Below are positions 25,372 through 34,161 of a DNA stretch of 64,000 bases, piece by piece. This DNA comes from a virus. Location: positions 1-64,000 of IMG/VR virus record IMGVR_UViG_3300037628_000218; one strand, 5' to 3'. Under the pieces are notes generated by a model. The model worked only from the letters and a program-made list of their open reading frames with translations. It was not told the DNA's origin and did not search any database. Position numbers and translations under genes: made by a program. Position 1 is the stretch's first letter. Every line of letters begins with the position of its first letter.

Positions 25372-25460
25372 TGGTCGGGGGCTACCACCTTTACTACCCC
25401 GTCTTGCGAGTCCATACACTCGCTCCCTTCGTCCACCTAGGGTTACAGCCCCTTAACGAC
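25372..25460 (-). ncRNA. Candidate structured RNA ending in CCA
   Basis: GTCG..GGGGCT pairs with AGCCCC-CGAC; internal GCGAGT/ACTCGC hairpin. Confidence 0.4.
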
Positions 25461-25503
25461 ACTCTCTACTTCTGTAAAGCTTCGAGCCATGTTACCACAT
25501 AAT

Positions 25504-25720
25504 TTATGGCTTCTTTTTTGTAAGCTCTTGTCCCAGAATAATAAGAGCCATAATTGAAATACACACTAAACTTACAGCAGCAAGCCCCCAGAGAGGCGAA
25601 AGAACGTACCACCAAGACCAACTAATAACCCCCTGTAAGTTTAAGAGCTATAAACAAAATACCGAGCAAACCTAAAAAACCAACACCGCTGGAACTTGAA
25701 CTTGAACTTGAACTACTCAT
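25504..25720 (-). pseudogene. Membrane protein gene frameshifted at a G5 run
   Basis: MSSSSSSSSSGVGFLGLLGILFIALKLTG|VISWSWWYVLSPLW..; removing one G at 25629-25633 gives a 71-aa ORF. Confidence 0.75.
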
Positions 25721-25748
25721 ATAGAATCTCCTTAAAATAGGAATTAAT

Positions 25749-25852
25749 TAAAAACCCTAGAAAAGGTTACGAGAGTTACCCGCTTCCTTCCTAGGTGTAA
25801 TGTGATTTTTCAACTTGAAGTGACAGTATATATAAGGATCTACTTGCTGTCA
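25749..25852 (-). promoter_or_regulatory. Promoter immediately followed by a terminator-like hairpin
   Basis: TTGACA..TATACT, then CCTAGGAAGG..CCTTTTCTAGG followed by a T-run. Confidence 0.55.
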
Positions 25853-25887
25853 ACTACTTTTACCTATTTAACTCTAAATATTACAGA

Positions 25888-26313
25888 TTAGGTTATCTTA
25901 GTAAAGGTATAAGTAGTTACCATTTCCTGCTTTTCTTCACAGTTAACCTCAAAAGCTTCGTCCATCCAATCCATTGCTGAAGGCTCACCATGCTTTCCAC
26001 CTCCGCTCCAATATACCCAGCTAACATACGTGCCATCACTTAGTTTTCTTGCTACCTGTTCGGATTCGTAATGCCTGCTATACCCTTTACAACTAAGGCT
26101 TGTTGCTCGGCCTCCCTCTCTAAAATATTCCTCTTCATCAATGATTTCAATCTCTGAAAACACACCATTGTAATCTTTTGCTAGCTTGTAAGCAGCATCA
26201 ATTCCTTCAGCAGTGCTAAAATCTAGGTAGTCAGGAGTACCCAACTGCTCTTCTGTTAGTACAGCTAGTAAAATGTGTCGTTTTATTCTCTGCTCAGCGG
26301 TTATAGTGTTCAT
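25888..26313 (-). CDS. Hypothetical protein (WVYWSGGGKHGEP motif)
   Basis: GAGGA RBS. Confidence 0.8.
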   Translation of the reverse strand: MNTITAEQRIKRHILLAVLTEEQLGTPDYLDFSTAEGIDAAYKLAKDYNGVFSEIEIIDEEEYFREGGRATSLSCKGYSRHYESEQVARKLSDGTYVSWVYWSGGGKHGEPSAMDWMDEAFEVNCEEKQEMVTTYTFTKIT

Positions 26314-26330
26314 AAATTTATTCCTCTTAG

Positions 26331-26633
26331 TTAGTTAAAGTTGGTTAGCAGATTAGTAACACTGCTTGCATCGAAAGTTTGGGGCAGCTTAACCATATAG
26401 TCTTTAAATGTGCCTGACGCAGCAATATAAAACTCCACACCATCCACAGACGCATTATAGCTAGCCCCATCATCTACCGCCTCACAGTCCACTTTATGTT
26501 TATCTAGCAGCTCTGCAAACTCTAGTAAAAACTGCCTCATTTCTGGAACCATAGTAATCTCCTTACTTTGTGTTGTAACATCTATCTGGTACTTTATAGT
26601 CATATTGTAGCTCCCCACCCCGCATTGAAACAC
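26331..26633 (-). CDS. Hypothetical protein (start probably MVPEM)
   Basis: AAGGAG RBS before MVPEM. Confidence 0.6.
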   Translation of the reverse strand: MFQCGVGSYNMTIKYQIDVTTQSKEITMVPEMRQFLLEFAELLDKHKVDCEAVDDGASYNASVDGVEFYIAASGTFKDYMVKLPQTFDASSVTNLLTNFN

Positions 26634-26907
26634 CTACACGGTAGTTGGTATTTTCACAAGAGTTATCCTTGACATAATACCAAACAGAACCACCATGTTT
26701 GCCTATCCGTCCACGAGTAGCTTCATCTTTACGTATAATTGTCCATCCTCGCTCTGGTAGTTCACGGATTGCTAGTCTTTGAATATCATCTATATTACCT
26801 GACGTACCCACCACTAGGTATAATAACGATAAAATGAAGGCTAACGTAATTACTATCCCCATAATAGGTTCAATAATATCATCAAGTAGGTCTTCGAAGT
26901 CTCGCAT
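26563..26907 (-). CDS. Membrane-anchored hypothetical protein
   Basis: Single TM segment; own promoter. Confidence 0.7.
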   Translation of the reverse strand: MRDFEDLLDDIIEPIMGIVITLAFILSLLYLVVGTSGNIDDIQRLAIRELPERGWTIIRKDEATRGRIGKHGGSVWYYVKDNSCENTNYRVGVSMRGGELQYDYKVPDRCYNTK

Positions 26908-26926
26908 ATCCTGTTCTCCTCTTAAG

Positions 26927-26968
26927 TTAAGTTGAGAGTATCTTACTTAATTTCAGATACCCTGTCAA
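26927..26968 (-). promoter_or_regulatory. 42-bp promoter cassette (copy 1 of 3)
   Basis: TTGACAGGGTATCTGAAATTAAGTAAGATACTCTCAACTTAA. Confidence 0.85.
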
Positions 26969-26975
26969 CAACTTC

Positions 26976-28886
26976 CTACCACTGATCTACCTTTCCTTTC
27001 GTATCAGCTCCGAAAGAGTTCAGAGGGACATCTTTACCTGACTCCCCGTCCTCTTCATTATCTAAGATTTCCTCAGGGCTTCTCCCCAGCTCCATCCTAC
27101 CGTTGTCACCATTGTAATATATGTAACCTGCTTTGCCAGTGTTCTTACCGTGTCTGCGACACTTAGACATCTTGATAGTAGTAGTGTTACGCACAGTATT
27201 GTTGTCATGCACCTTGTTACGGGTAAAGATCAGGTTCGTATTCGCAGTCTGGAACCATGCGCTAGTTCCCCGTATATCCTCCTCAGCAAGATCAGCCCCC
27301 TCCGAGTTAGCTTTATTTGTATTAGAGTTTTTCCGTACATGGTGAACATTAACCCACGCGATATTATTACGTTTAACCCTTTTAACGATCTCGCTAGCCA
27401 TTTCATCTTCATCAGTGTCACTTCCACTAAAAGCAAGAGTAACAGGATCAACTATAATTATCTTACAATCTAACCCGTTGACAAGGAAGTCTATCTTTTC
27501 CAAGAGTTCTTCACCAGTACATGCACCTTGATGATCAAGGAACTGGACTCTCTCAGAGTCATCTTCCTCAGCTTGTAGTTCTCCTGGCTGCAAATGTATA
27601 AGTTCTTTGAATGCGGTATGCTCGCTCTCCAAGTCCCTTTGGTCATACGGAATCTCATTTAACTGTGTACTCATATGGATTGAAAGGAAACCTTCGATAA
27701 ACTCATCTATGGTTTCTTCCAAGGAGATCACCCCAATCTTGTAGCTAGTTGTCTCTAACGCAGAGTAAATCATTTCCTTAACTATCCCGCTCTTACCTGT
27801 GCTACTAGCCGCAATAATATTAATAATTTCCCCTAGCGCGTACCCGCCATGAGTTCTTCCATTTAACTCACCAAAGCTGTCTGGGAAGCGTATAAGAGTC
27901 TCCTGACCACGTTTAGTGTATTGGCCCCACCCTTCAGATAAGCTCATGATACCAGCAGGAGAATACTTCTGAGCGTCCCATATAGCCCTCCAGAGGATAG
28001 CTGCTGCCTTCTTAGTACCAATCTGCTGTACCATACTAGAAGGGTCTTTATACCCCTTAGGAAGCCTTACAAGCCTTACCTTACCCACTGGGAGTAGCTT
28101 GCAAAGATCTTCCTCAAACTTCTCACCTGCCTTATCTTGATCTGCAATGATATAAATCTCACTAAAGCTTCCAAGGTATTTAAGATGAGGTTTAACCCAA
28201 GCAATGTTCTCACCAGAAGGGCAGGAGATAGAGGGATAGCCCCCTTCAAACTTGGTACTCATTTCTGTGAGCTTCCAAACAGTTAAGGCATCTTCCTCAC
28301 CACAGTTGATGATCACCCGTTTACCTCCTGCTGGGAAGAGCCACTGTCCAAACATAGCTATGCCTTTCTGCGTATCCCCTATACCCCCTGTGAAGTCTTT
28401 AAGAACCCCCATTTTACTTGGGTCTTTCTTTACTTGTTTATGCCAGCTTTGGAATCGCTTTCTGTTGCGGTAACCCTTATGCTCACCGTCCCTATAAGAG
28501 GGGTAGTAGATAGCCTCGATCTTAACTCCATCGCTAGCTGTCTCCATACGGCATCCATAGTGTTCATAGACATCAGCTCTAAGTCGTCTATCAGGGTTGT
28601 CTACGGGGATAAGATCGTCTCTGACGTATTCTAGCTTCTCCTGTTCTTCTTCCCAATTGATTTCTCGTTTCTTACTGCTGTCAACCATACTTGCTGTCTC
28701 TGGATCAAAGTCTTGAGCTGAGCCGTGACATGCGAAACATGAGTAAGAGTAGCTTCCATCTTCGTGCAGATAGAATGAACCTGCGTCTGAGGAGCCACAA
28801 GGGACTCCTTTTTTAATCTCTAAAGGACATGCACAATGACCCATAAAGATACCTTTCTCCTTCTGTTTAAAATTCTTCTTTGCCAT
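26976..28886 (-). CDS. Primase-helicase (T7 gp4-like)
   Basis: N-terminal Zn finger, TOPRIM DQD, STGKS Walker A, SLEE, IIVD, KCRRHG. Confidence 0.95.
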   Translation of the reverse strand: MAKKNFKQKEKGIFMGHCACPLEIKKGVPCGSSDAGSFYLHEDGSYSYSCFACHGSAQDFDPETASMVDSSKKREINWEEEQEKLEYVRDDLIPVDNPDRRLRADVYEHYGCRMETASDGVKIEAIYYPSYRDGEHKGYRNRKRFQSWHKQVKKDPSKMGVLKDFTGGIGDTQKGIAMFGQWLFPAGGKRVIINCGEEDALTVWKLTEMSTKFEGGYPSISCPSGENIAWVKPHLKYLGSFSEIYIIADQDKAGEKFEEDLCKLLPVGKVRLVRLPKGYKDPSSMVQQIGTKKAAAILWRAIWDAQKYSPAGIMSLSEGWGQYTKRGQETLIRFPDSFGELNGRTHGGYALGEIINIIAASSTGKSGIVKEMIYSALETTSYKIGVISLEETIDEFIEGFLSIHMSTQLNEIPYDQRDLESEHTAFKELIHLQPGELQAEEDDSERVQFLDHQGACTGEELLEKIDFLVNGLDCKIIIVDPVTLAFSGSDTDEDEMASEIVKRVKRNNIAWVNVHHVRKNSNTNKANSEGADLAEEDIRGTSAWFQTANTNLIFTRNKVHDNNTVRNTTTIKMSKCRRHGKNTGKAGYIYYNGDNGRMELGRSPEEILDNEEDGESGKDVPLNSFGADTKGKVDQW

Positions 28887-28892
28887 TAATTT

Positions 28893-29555
28893 CTACCCCT
28901 TATCATAAAAAGTTACTGCTACCTCTCCTACTCTTTGTAAGAAAGACTGTTCTGTACCATCATTGTTAATATCTATTGTATTTGTTACCACACCATCAGA
29001 GATAAACCTACGACTATCGCCATCAAAAGAACCACGCCCATGAATACGGATAAGCAAAATATTACCCATACCCAGTTGTCTGATTGTGGGGGGGATTTCA
29101 TCGTCGAAACCACAAGAATCATCAACAGCGCACTCACCGCTACTAAGCAGGCTAAGAGTGTTAGCACGAGCTGTACCAAGATACTCCCTACCGAACGTAG
29201 GTTTGCATATAACTTCTGAAACATAGATTAAAGCCTCTCGTACTGATAGTTTAACGTCTTGGTCGAGTAACCCAGGGTTGATGTTAGGTGTACCAATGAT
29301 AGGTGCTAATGCGTTGTAAGCCCTAGCAGATACGGCAAATACTTTTTTAGGTGTCTCTTTTGTCTCCCTATCGTTGTAGTGACTGTAAAACTCTGATTCA
29401 GTTAAACAAAAGAACTGCTGTGTTAACGTGAACAGGTGATCTTTGCAACGGCTATCAATGATAGGTACTGACATAACTTCCTTGATGTGAGCTACTGCTG
29501 CGTTCTTACCACATAGTCTTGGGCCATTTAGCAAGATTAGTTTGGGGGCTTCCAT
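28893..29555 (-). CDS. Deoxynucleoside monophosphate kinase
   Basis: LNGPRLCGK P-loop; REALI..SE..KP.FG; FDGDSR. Confidence 0.75.
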   Translation of the reverse strand: MEAPKLILLNGPRLCGKNAAVAHIKEVMSVPIIDSRCKDHLFTLTQQFFCLTESEFYSHYNDRETKETPKKVFAVSARAYNALAPIIGTPNINPGLLDQDVKLSVREALIYVSEVICKPTFGREYLGTARANTLSLLSSGECAVDDSCGFDDEIPPTIRQLGMGNILLIRIHGRGSFDGDSRRFISDGVVTNTIDINNDGTEQSFLQRVGEVAVTFYDKG

Positions 29556-29583
29556 ACTTTACTCCTTTGATTAGTTTTGTAGA

Positions 29584-29811
29584 CTAAACATCTTCAGGTT
29601 GATCAAGGGTAAATTCCTCAAGTGCTCTATCTATACAAGCAATCCAATCGTCAAACCCCCTCATATGTTCCTTATGGGCTAAAATTGCCCTCTGTTTGCA
29701 CTGCCATATGTGCAGTTTTTGGGTCTCTACCATGTAAGGTGTAAGTCTCTTGCGCTCTTCAAACGGTAGATCATTCCATAGATGAGTAAAATCACTTGTT
29801 GGGTTTGACAT
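29584..29811 (-). CDS. Hypothetical protein
   Basis: AGGAGG RBS. Confidence 0.65.
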   Translation of the reverse strand: MSNPTSDFTHLWNDLPFEERKRLTPYMVETQKLHIWQCKQRAILAHKEHMRGFDDWIACIDRALEEFTLDQPEDV

Positions 29812-29838
29812 TGTACCTCCTAAGGTTATTGTTAGGCT

Positions 29839-30129
29839 TCAAATGTAGTACCCGTGGCGTATATAACCTCTATCTTCTTCATTAAACTGCATGAATATAT
29901 CAAGGATAGCCCTCTCTACTGCCCATTGTGCCGCTTGCGTAATTGGTCTTTGTTTCGGTAGGCACTCTTCGTCTAACCATTTAATAGCACCGTCATTAAG
30001 GTTGCAATCGTCAATTAGTATGTGTAAGTTGCCTCCAACAGCGGCACCATCAAACTCGTAAAGAGCCTCACAAAGTATGCGGAAGTGTTCTCTTGCGGTT
30101 TCTATATCTAATTTCAGTATCTCAGTCAT
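29839..30129 (-). CDS. Hypothetical protein (GGNLHILIDD motif)
   Basis: ORF with RBS. Confidence 0.7.
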   Translation of the reverse strand: MTEILKLDIETAREHFRILCEALYEFDGAAVGGNLHILIDDCNLNDGAIKWLDEECLPKQRPITQAAQWAVERAILDIFMQFNEEDRGYIRHGYYI

Positions 30130-30131
30130 AC

Positions 30132-30440
30132 TTACCCTCCAGTTTGTTTGTCGGTGCTATTCCGTAGAGACTCTATACCCTCAACACTTTTGGTAGTTTT
30201 ATAGAAGTGACCAGTGCTAGTGAGCACCTTACCTTCAATAAGACACTTGGAGTATGTTGTCTCCATGACTAACTTACCTTCAACTACTTCAAAACCCATT
30301 ACAACACTTGTTGCAACTGGCCCACCTTCTGTAAGGGAATTCCTACCTTTCTCACCAGAATAAGCATCTACACTGGCAAGGGTAGCGTATGCTACTCCAT
30401 CTTGGCTAAGTAACACGTCTTTCAAAGTACCACGATACAT
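30132..30440 (-). CDS. Hypothetical protein
   Basis: AGGAGG RBS. Confidence 0.65.
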   Translation of the reverse strand: MYRGTLKDVLLSQDGVAYATLASVDAYSGEKGRNSLTEGGPVATSVVMGFEVVEGKLVMETTYSKCLIEGKVLTSTGHFYKTTKSVEGIESLRNSTDKQTGG

Positions 30441-30451
30441 ATAATAACCTC

Positions 30452-31444
30452 CTAAAAAATATATTCAATAAAGTAAGCACGAGTAATATCCTGAGCTTCG
30501 CGAGTAAGGGCTTTACATATCTGAGGCCACTCTCCACCCGCAGCTTCCTTAGCATTATCTGCGAACTCCGAGTTGTACTCTGCTAGTGCATCTTTCATAA
30601 GAAGGCCCATTATACGCCCAAAGTCCTTGTTTGTCAGCTCTTCAACAACCTCCTTTGACAGGACATTAGCTAGTCGGTTAGCAGTCAAGTTAGAGTGGAC
30701 AGCAGCAAGAACCTCATTACCTTTCTCAGACAGGTCTACAGGCTTTGTAATAAGTTTGGAGATTTTACTCTCACTAAACTTACTGTTCTTATTCTTTATA
30801 GCAACCCTGCTACCGTTACCGAAGTAAAGAACCTTTGAGTAAGGTACAATTACATTACCTTCTTTAACGTTAACCTCAGGGCTTTCATACCCTAATAACT
30901 CAGGGACTAAGGAGTTTCCATTGTTAGGAACGGCTAAAGCATCATAGATATTATCCGCTAAACCTAAAAGAGGTACAACAGCTAAACCTGACCCCCGTAT
31001 TATTTCTTCCATAACTTCAAAAGGTTGAGGTACATTGTCTAAGCGCAACTCAAAGGCCATGAACTCGTTGTTAGGGCTGTACTCTACCTCACCCGCTACT
31101 CGTTTAGCGTTATCCCCCTGCTTACCGTTAAGGGAGCCACCAAAGATCTCACCGAAAATTCTAATTTCTTTTACGAATGGGTACATACGGATAATATAAT
31201 CTATAGCTTCACGAAACTCTTTGAACATTGAGGTATACCCATTAAAAGCTTCTGTATCCTTCAAGAATGCGTTACGGCGGCTAAACTCAAGAAGGTCTGT
31301 AGGTACATCATAGTGTATTCCGAAGTTAGCTCCATGTATCTTTTCAGTAATGGCGTACTTCACATTAGCGTACCCGTGCTCTTCAATTATAGCTATTAAG
31401 CGTTGTTTAACGTTCTCAAGACTGTGGTACTTTTTGAATTCCAT
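30452..31444 (-). CDS. rnl2: RNA ligase 2 (Rnl2 family)
   Basis: F.KY.SLEN, EKIHGANF, FGEIFG, EGNVI and K.KNSKFSE motifs. Confidence 0.92.
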   Translation of the reverse strand: MEFKKYHSLENVKQRLIAIIEEHGYANVKYAITEKIHGANFGIHYDVPTDLLEFSRRNAFLKDTEAFNGYTSMFKEFREAIDYIIRMYPFVKEIRIFGEIFGGSLNGKQGDNAKRVAGEVEYSPNNEFMAFELRLDNVPQPFEVMEEIIRGSGLAVVPLLGLADNIYDALAVPNNGNSLVPELLGYESPEVNVKEGNVIVPYSKVLYFGNGSRVAIKNKNSKFSESKISKLITKPVDLSEKGNEVLAAVHSNLTANRLANVLSKEVVEELTNKDFGRIMGLLMKDALAEYNSEFADNAKEAAGGEWPQICKALTREAQDITRAYFIEYIF

Positions 31445-31464
31445 CTAGTTATTCCTCTTTTAGT

Positions 31465-31860
31465 TTATTGCAGGTTAGCCTTAGCAACCCTTGATGCCAG
31501 CTTACCATCGAACAAGCCCTTAGAGTACCTGTTAAGATACCCCATAAACTGACCAATACTGTTTGCATGTGACTCAACCCATATCACACAAAGCTCGTCC
31601 TCTGTCAGTTGTTTAGGTATGTACTCAGCAAGAATACCGATCTCAGTTTGAGTGTCCTCGCTGTATTTAATTGCTAGGAACTCCTGACAGTTACTTTGGA
31701 ACTTCTTAACAAGTGCAAGCATATCAAACTTCTTTGCCTGCCTCCCTTTAAGTGCAGTCTCAGCTTCACCTACTAGCGTTGTCAGTAGGGTAGTGCGTAG
31801 CTTATCTGTGCCTTTCCGAGCTATTGTACGGTCTTGCTTAATTCTTGCTAGTAGTTCCAT
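31465..31860 (-). CDS. YqeY/GatB-like tRNA-binding protein
   Basis: ARK..LLTTL.GE..E..IL.EY.PKQLTEDEL..G..M..L..G..DGK. Confidence 0.8.
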   Translation of the reverse strand: MELLARIKQDRTIARKGTDKLRTTLLTTLVGEAETALKGRQAKKFDMLALVKKFQSNCQEFLAIKYSEDTQTEIGILAEYIPKQLTEDELCVIWVESHANSIGQFMGYLNRYSKGLFDGKLASRVAKANLQ

Positions 31861-31879
31861 AGTTCCTCCTAAGTTAAAT

Positions 31880-31953
31880 TGGAGCAGGAGGGGGAATTTA
31901 ACCCTTCCGATTACCTTCGCAGACAGAGGTTAACGGTGTCTGTAGGATCCTGC
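31880..31953 (-). ncRNA. tRNA-like RNA or pseudo-tRNA
   Basis: GCAGGA/TCCTGC acceptor stem plus T-CCA, degenerate T arm, no canonical D or anticodon arms; 6 nt downstream of tRNA-Arg. Confidence 0.55.
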
Positions 31954-31959
31954 ATAAAT

Positions 31960-32037
31960 TGGCACCCTCTGCTGGACTCGAACCAGCGACAATTGTGTTA
32001 GAAGCACAAATTCTCTAAAAGACTGAGCTAAGAGGGT
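31960..32037 (-). tRNA. tRNA-Arg(UCU) with an atypical D arm
   Basis: ACCCTCT/AGAGGGT acceptor, TTGTG-CT TCT AA-CACAA, GCTGG TTCGAGT CCAGC, encoded CCA. Confidence 0.88.
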
Positions 32038-32062
32038 TTAAAAGTGTTCATAGTAGGTTCTG

Positions 32063-32419
32063 CTAAAAAGGGAGGTCTTCCGCTAACACTGTCTGTTCTT
32101 CCTGTTCAACTCCCGTTAAGGTTACTCCTAACTTCTCTAGCTTAAGATTAACATTGTCCAACTGGTCTTGAAGGAGAATTTTAGTAGCAGCTATTACTTG
32201 ACCCACTATGTAACACTCTTCAAGATATATAGTATTACAGCTGTCACCATCAGGGGTTAGCATTACCCTTCTACTTTTGTTAAGGTCTAAGCGTTGCTCT
32301 GTTAAATTTCTTCCTGGCTTCGACCGCGCTAGGGTATAATTACAGTTACTTATACTCTTCTCTATTTTATTTCTTAAGTTAAGTAGAAAAGTCACATCCT
32401 CAAAATCTGATTCTAACAT
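32063..32419 (-). CDS. Hypothetical protein ending in EDLPF
   Basis: AGGAG RBS. Confidence 0.65.
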   Translation of the reverse strand: MLESDFEDVTFLLNLRNKIEKSISNCNYTLARSKPGRNLTEQRLDLNKSRRVMLTPDGDSCNTIYLEECYIVGQVIAATKILLQDQLDNVNLKLEKLGVTLTGVEQEEQTVLAEDLPF

Positions 32420-32439
32420 AATTGTATCTCCTGTATTGT

Positions 32440-33405
32440 TTAAGCTGCTTTTGGTACGTGAACTCGCGCTTTGCCTGTACCATGTGTTTTCTTGATTAGA
32501 TCTGGATGGTTCTTAGCCCAGTCCTGAACATACCAAAGTTGACCACAACCACCGCCTATATCATCTTGGCCTGCTGGATCAAACATACGTACACTATACC
32601 CTGCTTCTAGCATCTTGTCCATAAAATCTTCAACTAACTTACGTTGACGTTGGTTAGCAGCTGATACCCCTTCATCAGCTTCACATATTACTGACAAAGT
32701 ACACTCCCAAATTCCTGCTGGGAAGTGTTCACGGAGGGCGGTAACATCCTCCATAGTGTTATTCTTATCATGCACACAGTAATTGAAGAAAGGTCTACGT
32801 CCTGTGCTACCAGCCCAGTAAGAACCCCACTGAGAAATCTCAGATAGACTTAGCTTTGCTGTCATAGGGATTAACTTATCTCTAGCTTCTTGTACTGCTT
32901 CGTGGATTGAAAACTGTAAGCCTACTTGACTTATCTCTTGGCTTAACTCACACAATTCCAACCAGTTATGATGGGTAGAGTTAGGGGCCATAGTAGAGAT
33001 CAGGAGGTCAGCAGTAGGGTACTCCACATTGAGTCTCCTTATAGCTGTTTTTAGCTCCTTCCAGTTCAGCATAGGCTCACCCATAGACATGAACATTATT
33101 TGTAGTTTATCTATATCCTTAGCGCAGATTGATTCTTCAGATTCTGCAAGTAAGATACAAGCCTTCACCTGACTGAAGATCTCGTCAGCGGTTAAGTTCC
33201 TGATAAAGAAGTTACCAGTACCGCAGAAGCGACAACCAACAGGACACCCAGATTGAGTTGAGCAACAGACTACTGTTCGATCCATGTAAGTAGGGTACTT
33301 GTAAAGCACTGCTTCAGCTACCGCACCATTGCTTCCCTCTTGTGTGAAAACAATCTTCTTAACATTCTGATCTGAACTATGAACTACCTCTTGCTTATCC
33401 CACAT
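32440..33405 (-). CDS. RlmN/Cfr-family radical SAM RNA methyltransferase
   Basis: CCSTQSGCPVGCRFC, FMSMGEP, SIH and DIGGGCGQL motifs. Confidence 0.9.
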   Translation of the reverse strand: MWDKQEVVHSSDQNVKKIVFTQEGSNGAVAEAVLYKYPTYMDRTVVCCSTQSGCPVGCRFCGTGNFFIRNLTADEIFSQVKACILLAESEESICAKDIDKLQIMFMSMGEPMLNWKELKTAIRRLNVEYPTADLLISTMAPNSTHHNWLELCELSQEISQVGLQFSIHEAVQEARDKLIPMTAKLSLSEISQWGSYWAGSTGRRPFFNYCVHDKNNTMEDVTALREHFPAGIWECTLSVICEADEGVSAANQRQRKLVEDFMDKMLEAGYSVRMFDPAGQDDIGGGCGQLWYVQDWAKNHPDLIKKTHGTGKARVHVPKAA

Positions 33406-33474
33406 ACTAGGTCTCCTGTATTGTTTAAGTTTTCGTTTACCTTCTCGGCTCTAAGGCAGATTACCAGTCAATGC

Positions 33475-33516
33475 TTAAGTTGAGAGTACCTTACTTAATT
33501 TCAGATACTCTGTCAA
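33475..33516 (-). promoter_or_regulatory. 42-bp promoter cassette (copy 2)
   Basis: Near-identical to 26927-26968. Confidence 0.85.
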
Positions 33517-33536
33517 CTACTTTTACCTAATTAACT

Positions 33537-34142
33537 TTAAATGTCCCAGCCTGTAGCTTCACGTACCATCTCAGTTAGCATCTCGTTTGCTGCTGACCTT
33601 GCTGACCTTGCTGCTGCCTCTGCTGCCTCTGCTGACCTTGCTGCTGACCTTGCTGCTGACCTTGCTGCTGACCATGCTGCTGACCTTGCTGCTGACCTTG
33701 CTGCTGACCCTGCTGACCTTGCTGCTGACCTTGCTGCTGACCATGCTGCTGACCTTGCTGACTCCTCCCCTGTTTTTAGCCAAGTTAAGATTAACTCAAA
33801 ATCTGCATCTGGGCAGTATGGTCTGATCTTTTCGATGTGAATCAAAGCCTGGCTCCTAGCAAATTGGTGTAGTATCTTATCTGCGTCTACCCAATCTATA
33901 TATTTCCTAGTAGAAGCTGCTATTTTATCAGTACCTACCACTATCTCCCCGCCAAGTTCAACCAAGTATAATATTGATCCTGGTGCGTGGTTAACTGCAT
34001 CTAAGAGGTTGATAGATGCGTGTAGGCCATTTTTACATAGTTTGATCTTGCCAAGCACCTTATGGGTTGTACCCTTCCGTATTTTACGACCATCTCCGTG
34101 CCTTAATCGTCTCTCTTCCTTTGCAAAGTAAAAAGCTTGCAT
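33537..34142 (-). CDS. Hypothetical protein with a C..GLHAS domain and SAAR tandem repeats
   Basis: ORF flanked by two promoter cassettes. Confidence 0.8.
   Translation of the reverse strand: MQAFYFAKEERRLRHGDGRKIRKGTTHKVLGKIKLCKNGLHASINLLDAVNHAPGSILYLVELGGEIVVGTDKIAASTRKYIDWVDADKILHQFARSQALIHIEKIRPYCPDADFELILTWLKTGEESARSAAWSAARSAARSAGSAARSAARSAAWSAARSAARSAARSAEAAEAAARSARSAANEMLTEMVREATGWDI
33588..33761. repeat. Imperfect 12-bp tandem repeat (GCTGACCTTGCT)
   Basis: Encodes (SAAR/SAAW)n. Confidence 0.95.
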
Positions 34143-34161
34143 ACTCTGTTCTCCCCCTCAG

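Noticed and set aside
33541-33840. Overlapping ORFs in other frames
   Set aside because: Artefacts of the stop-free 12-bp tandem repeat
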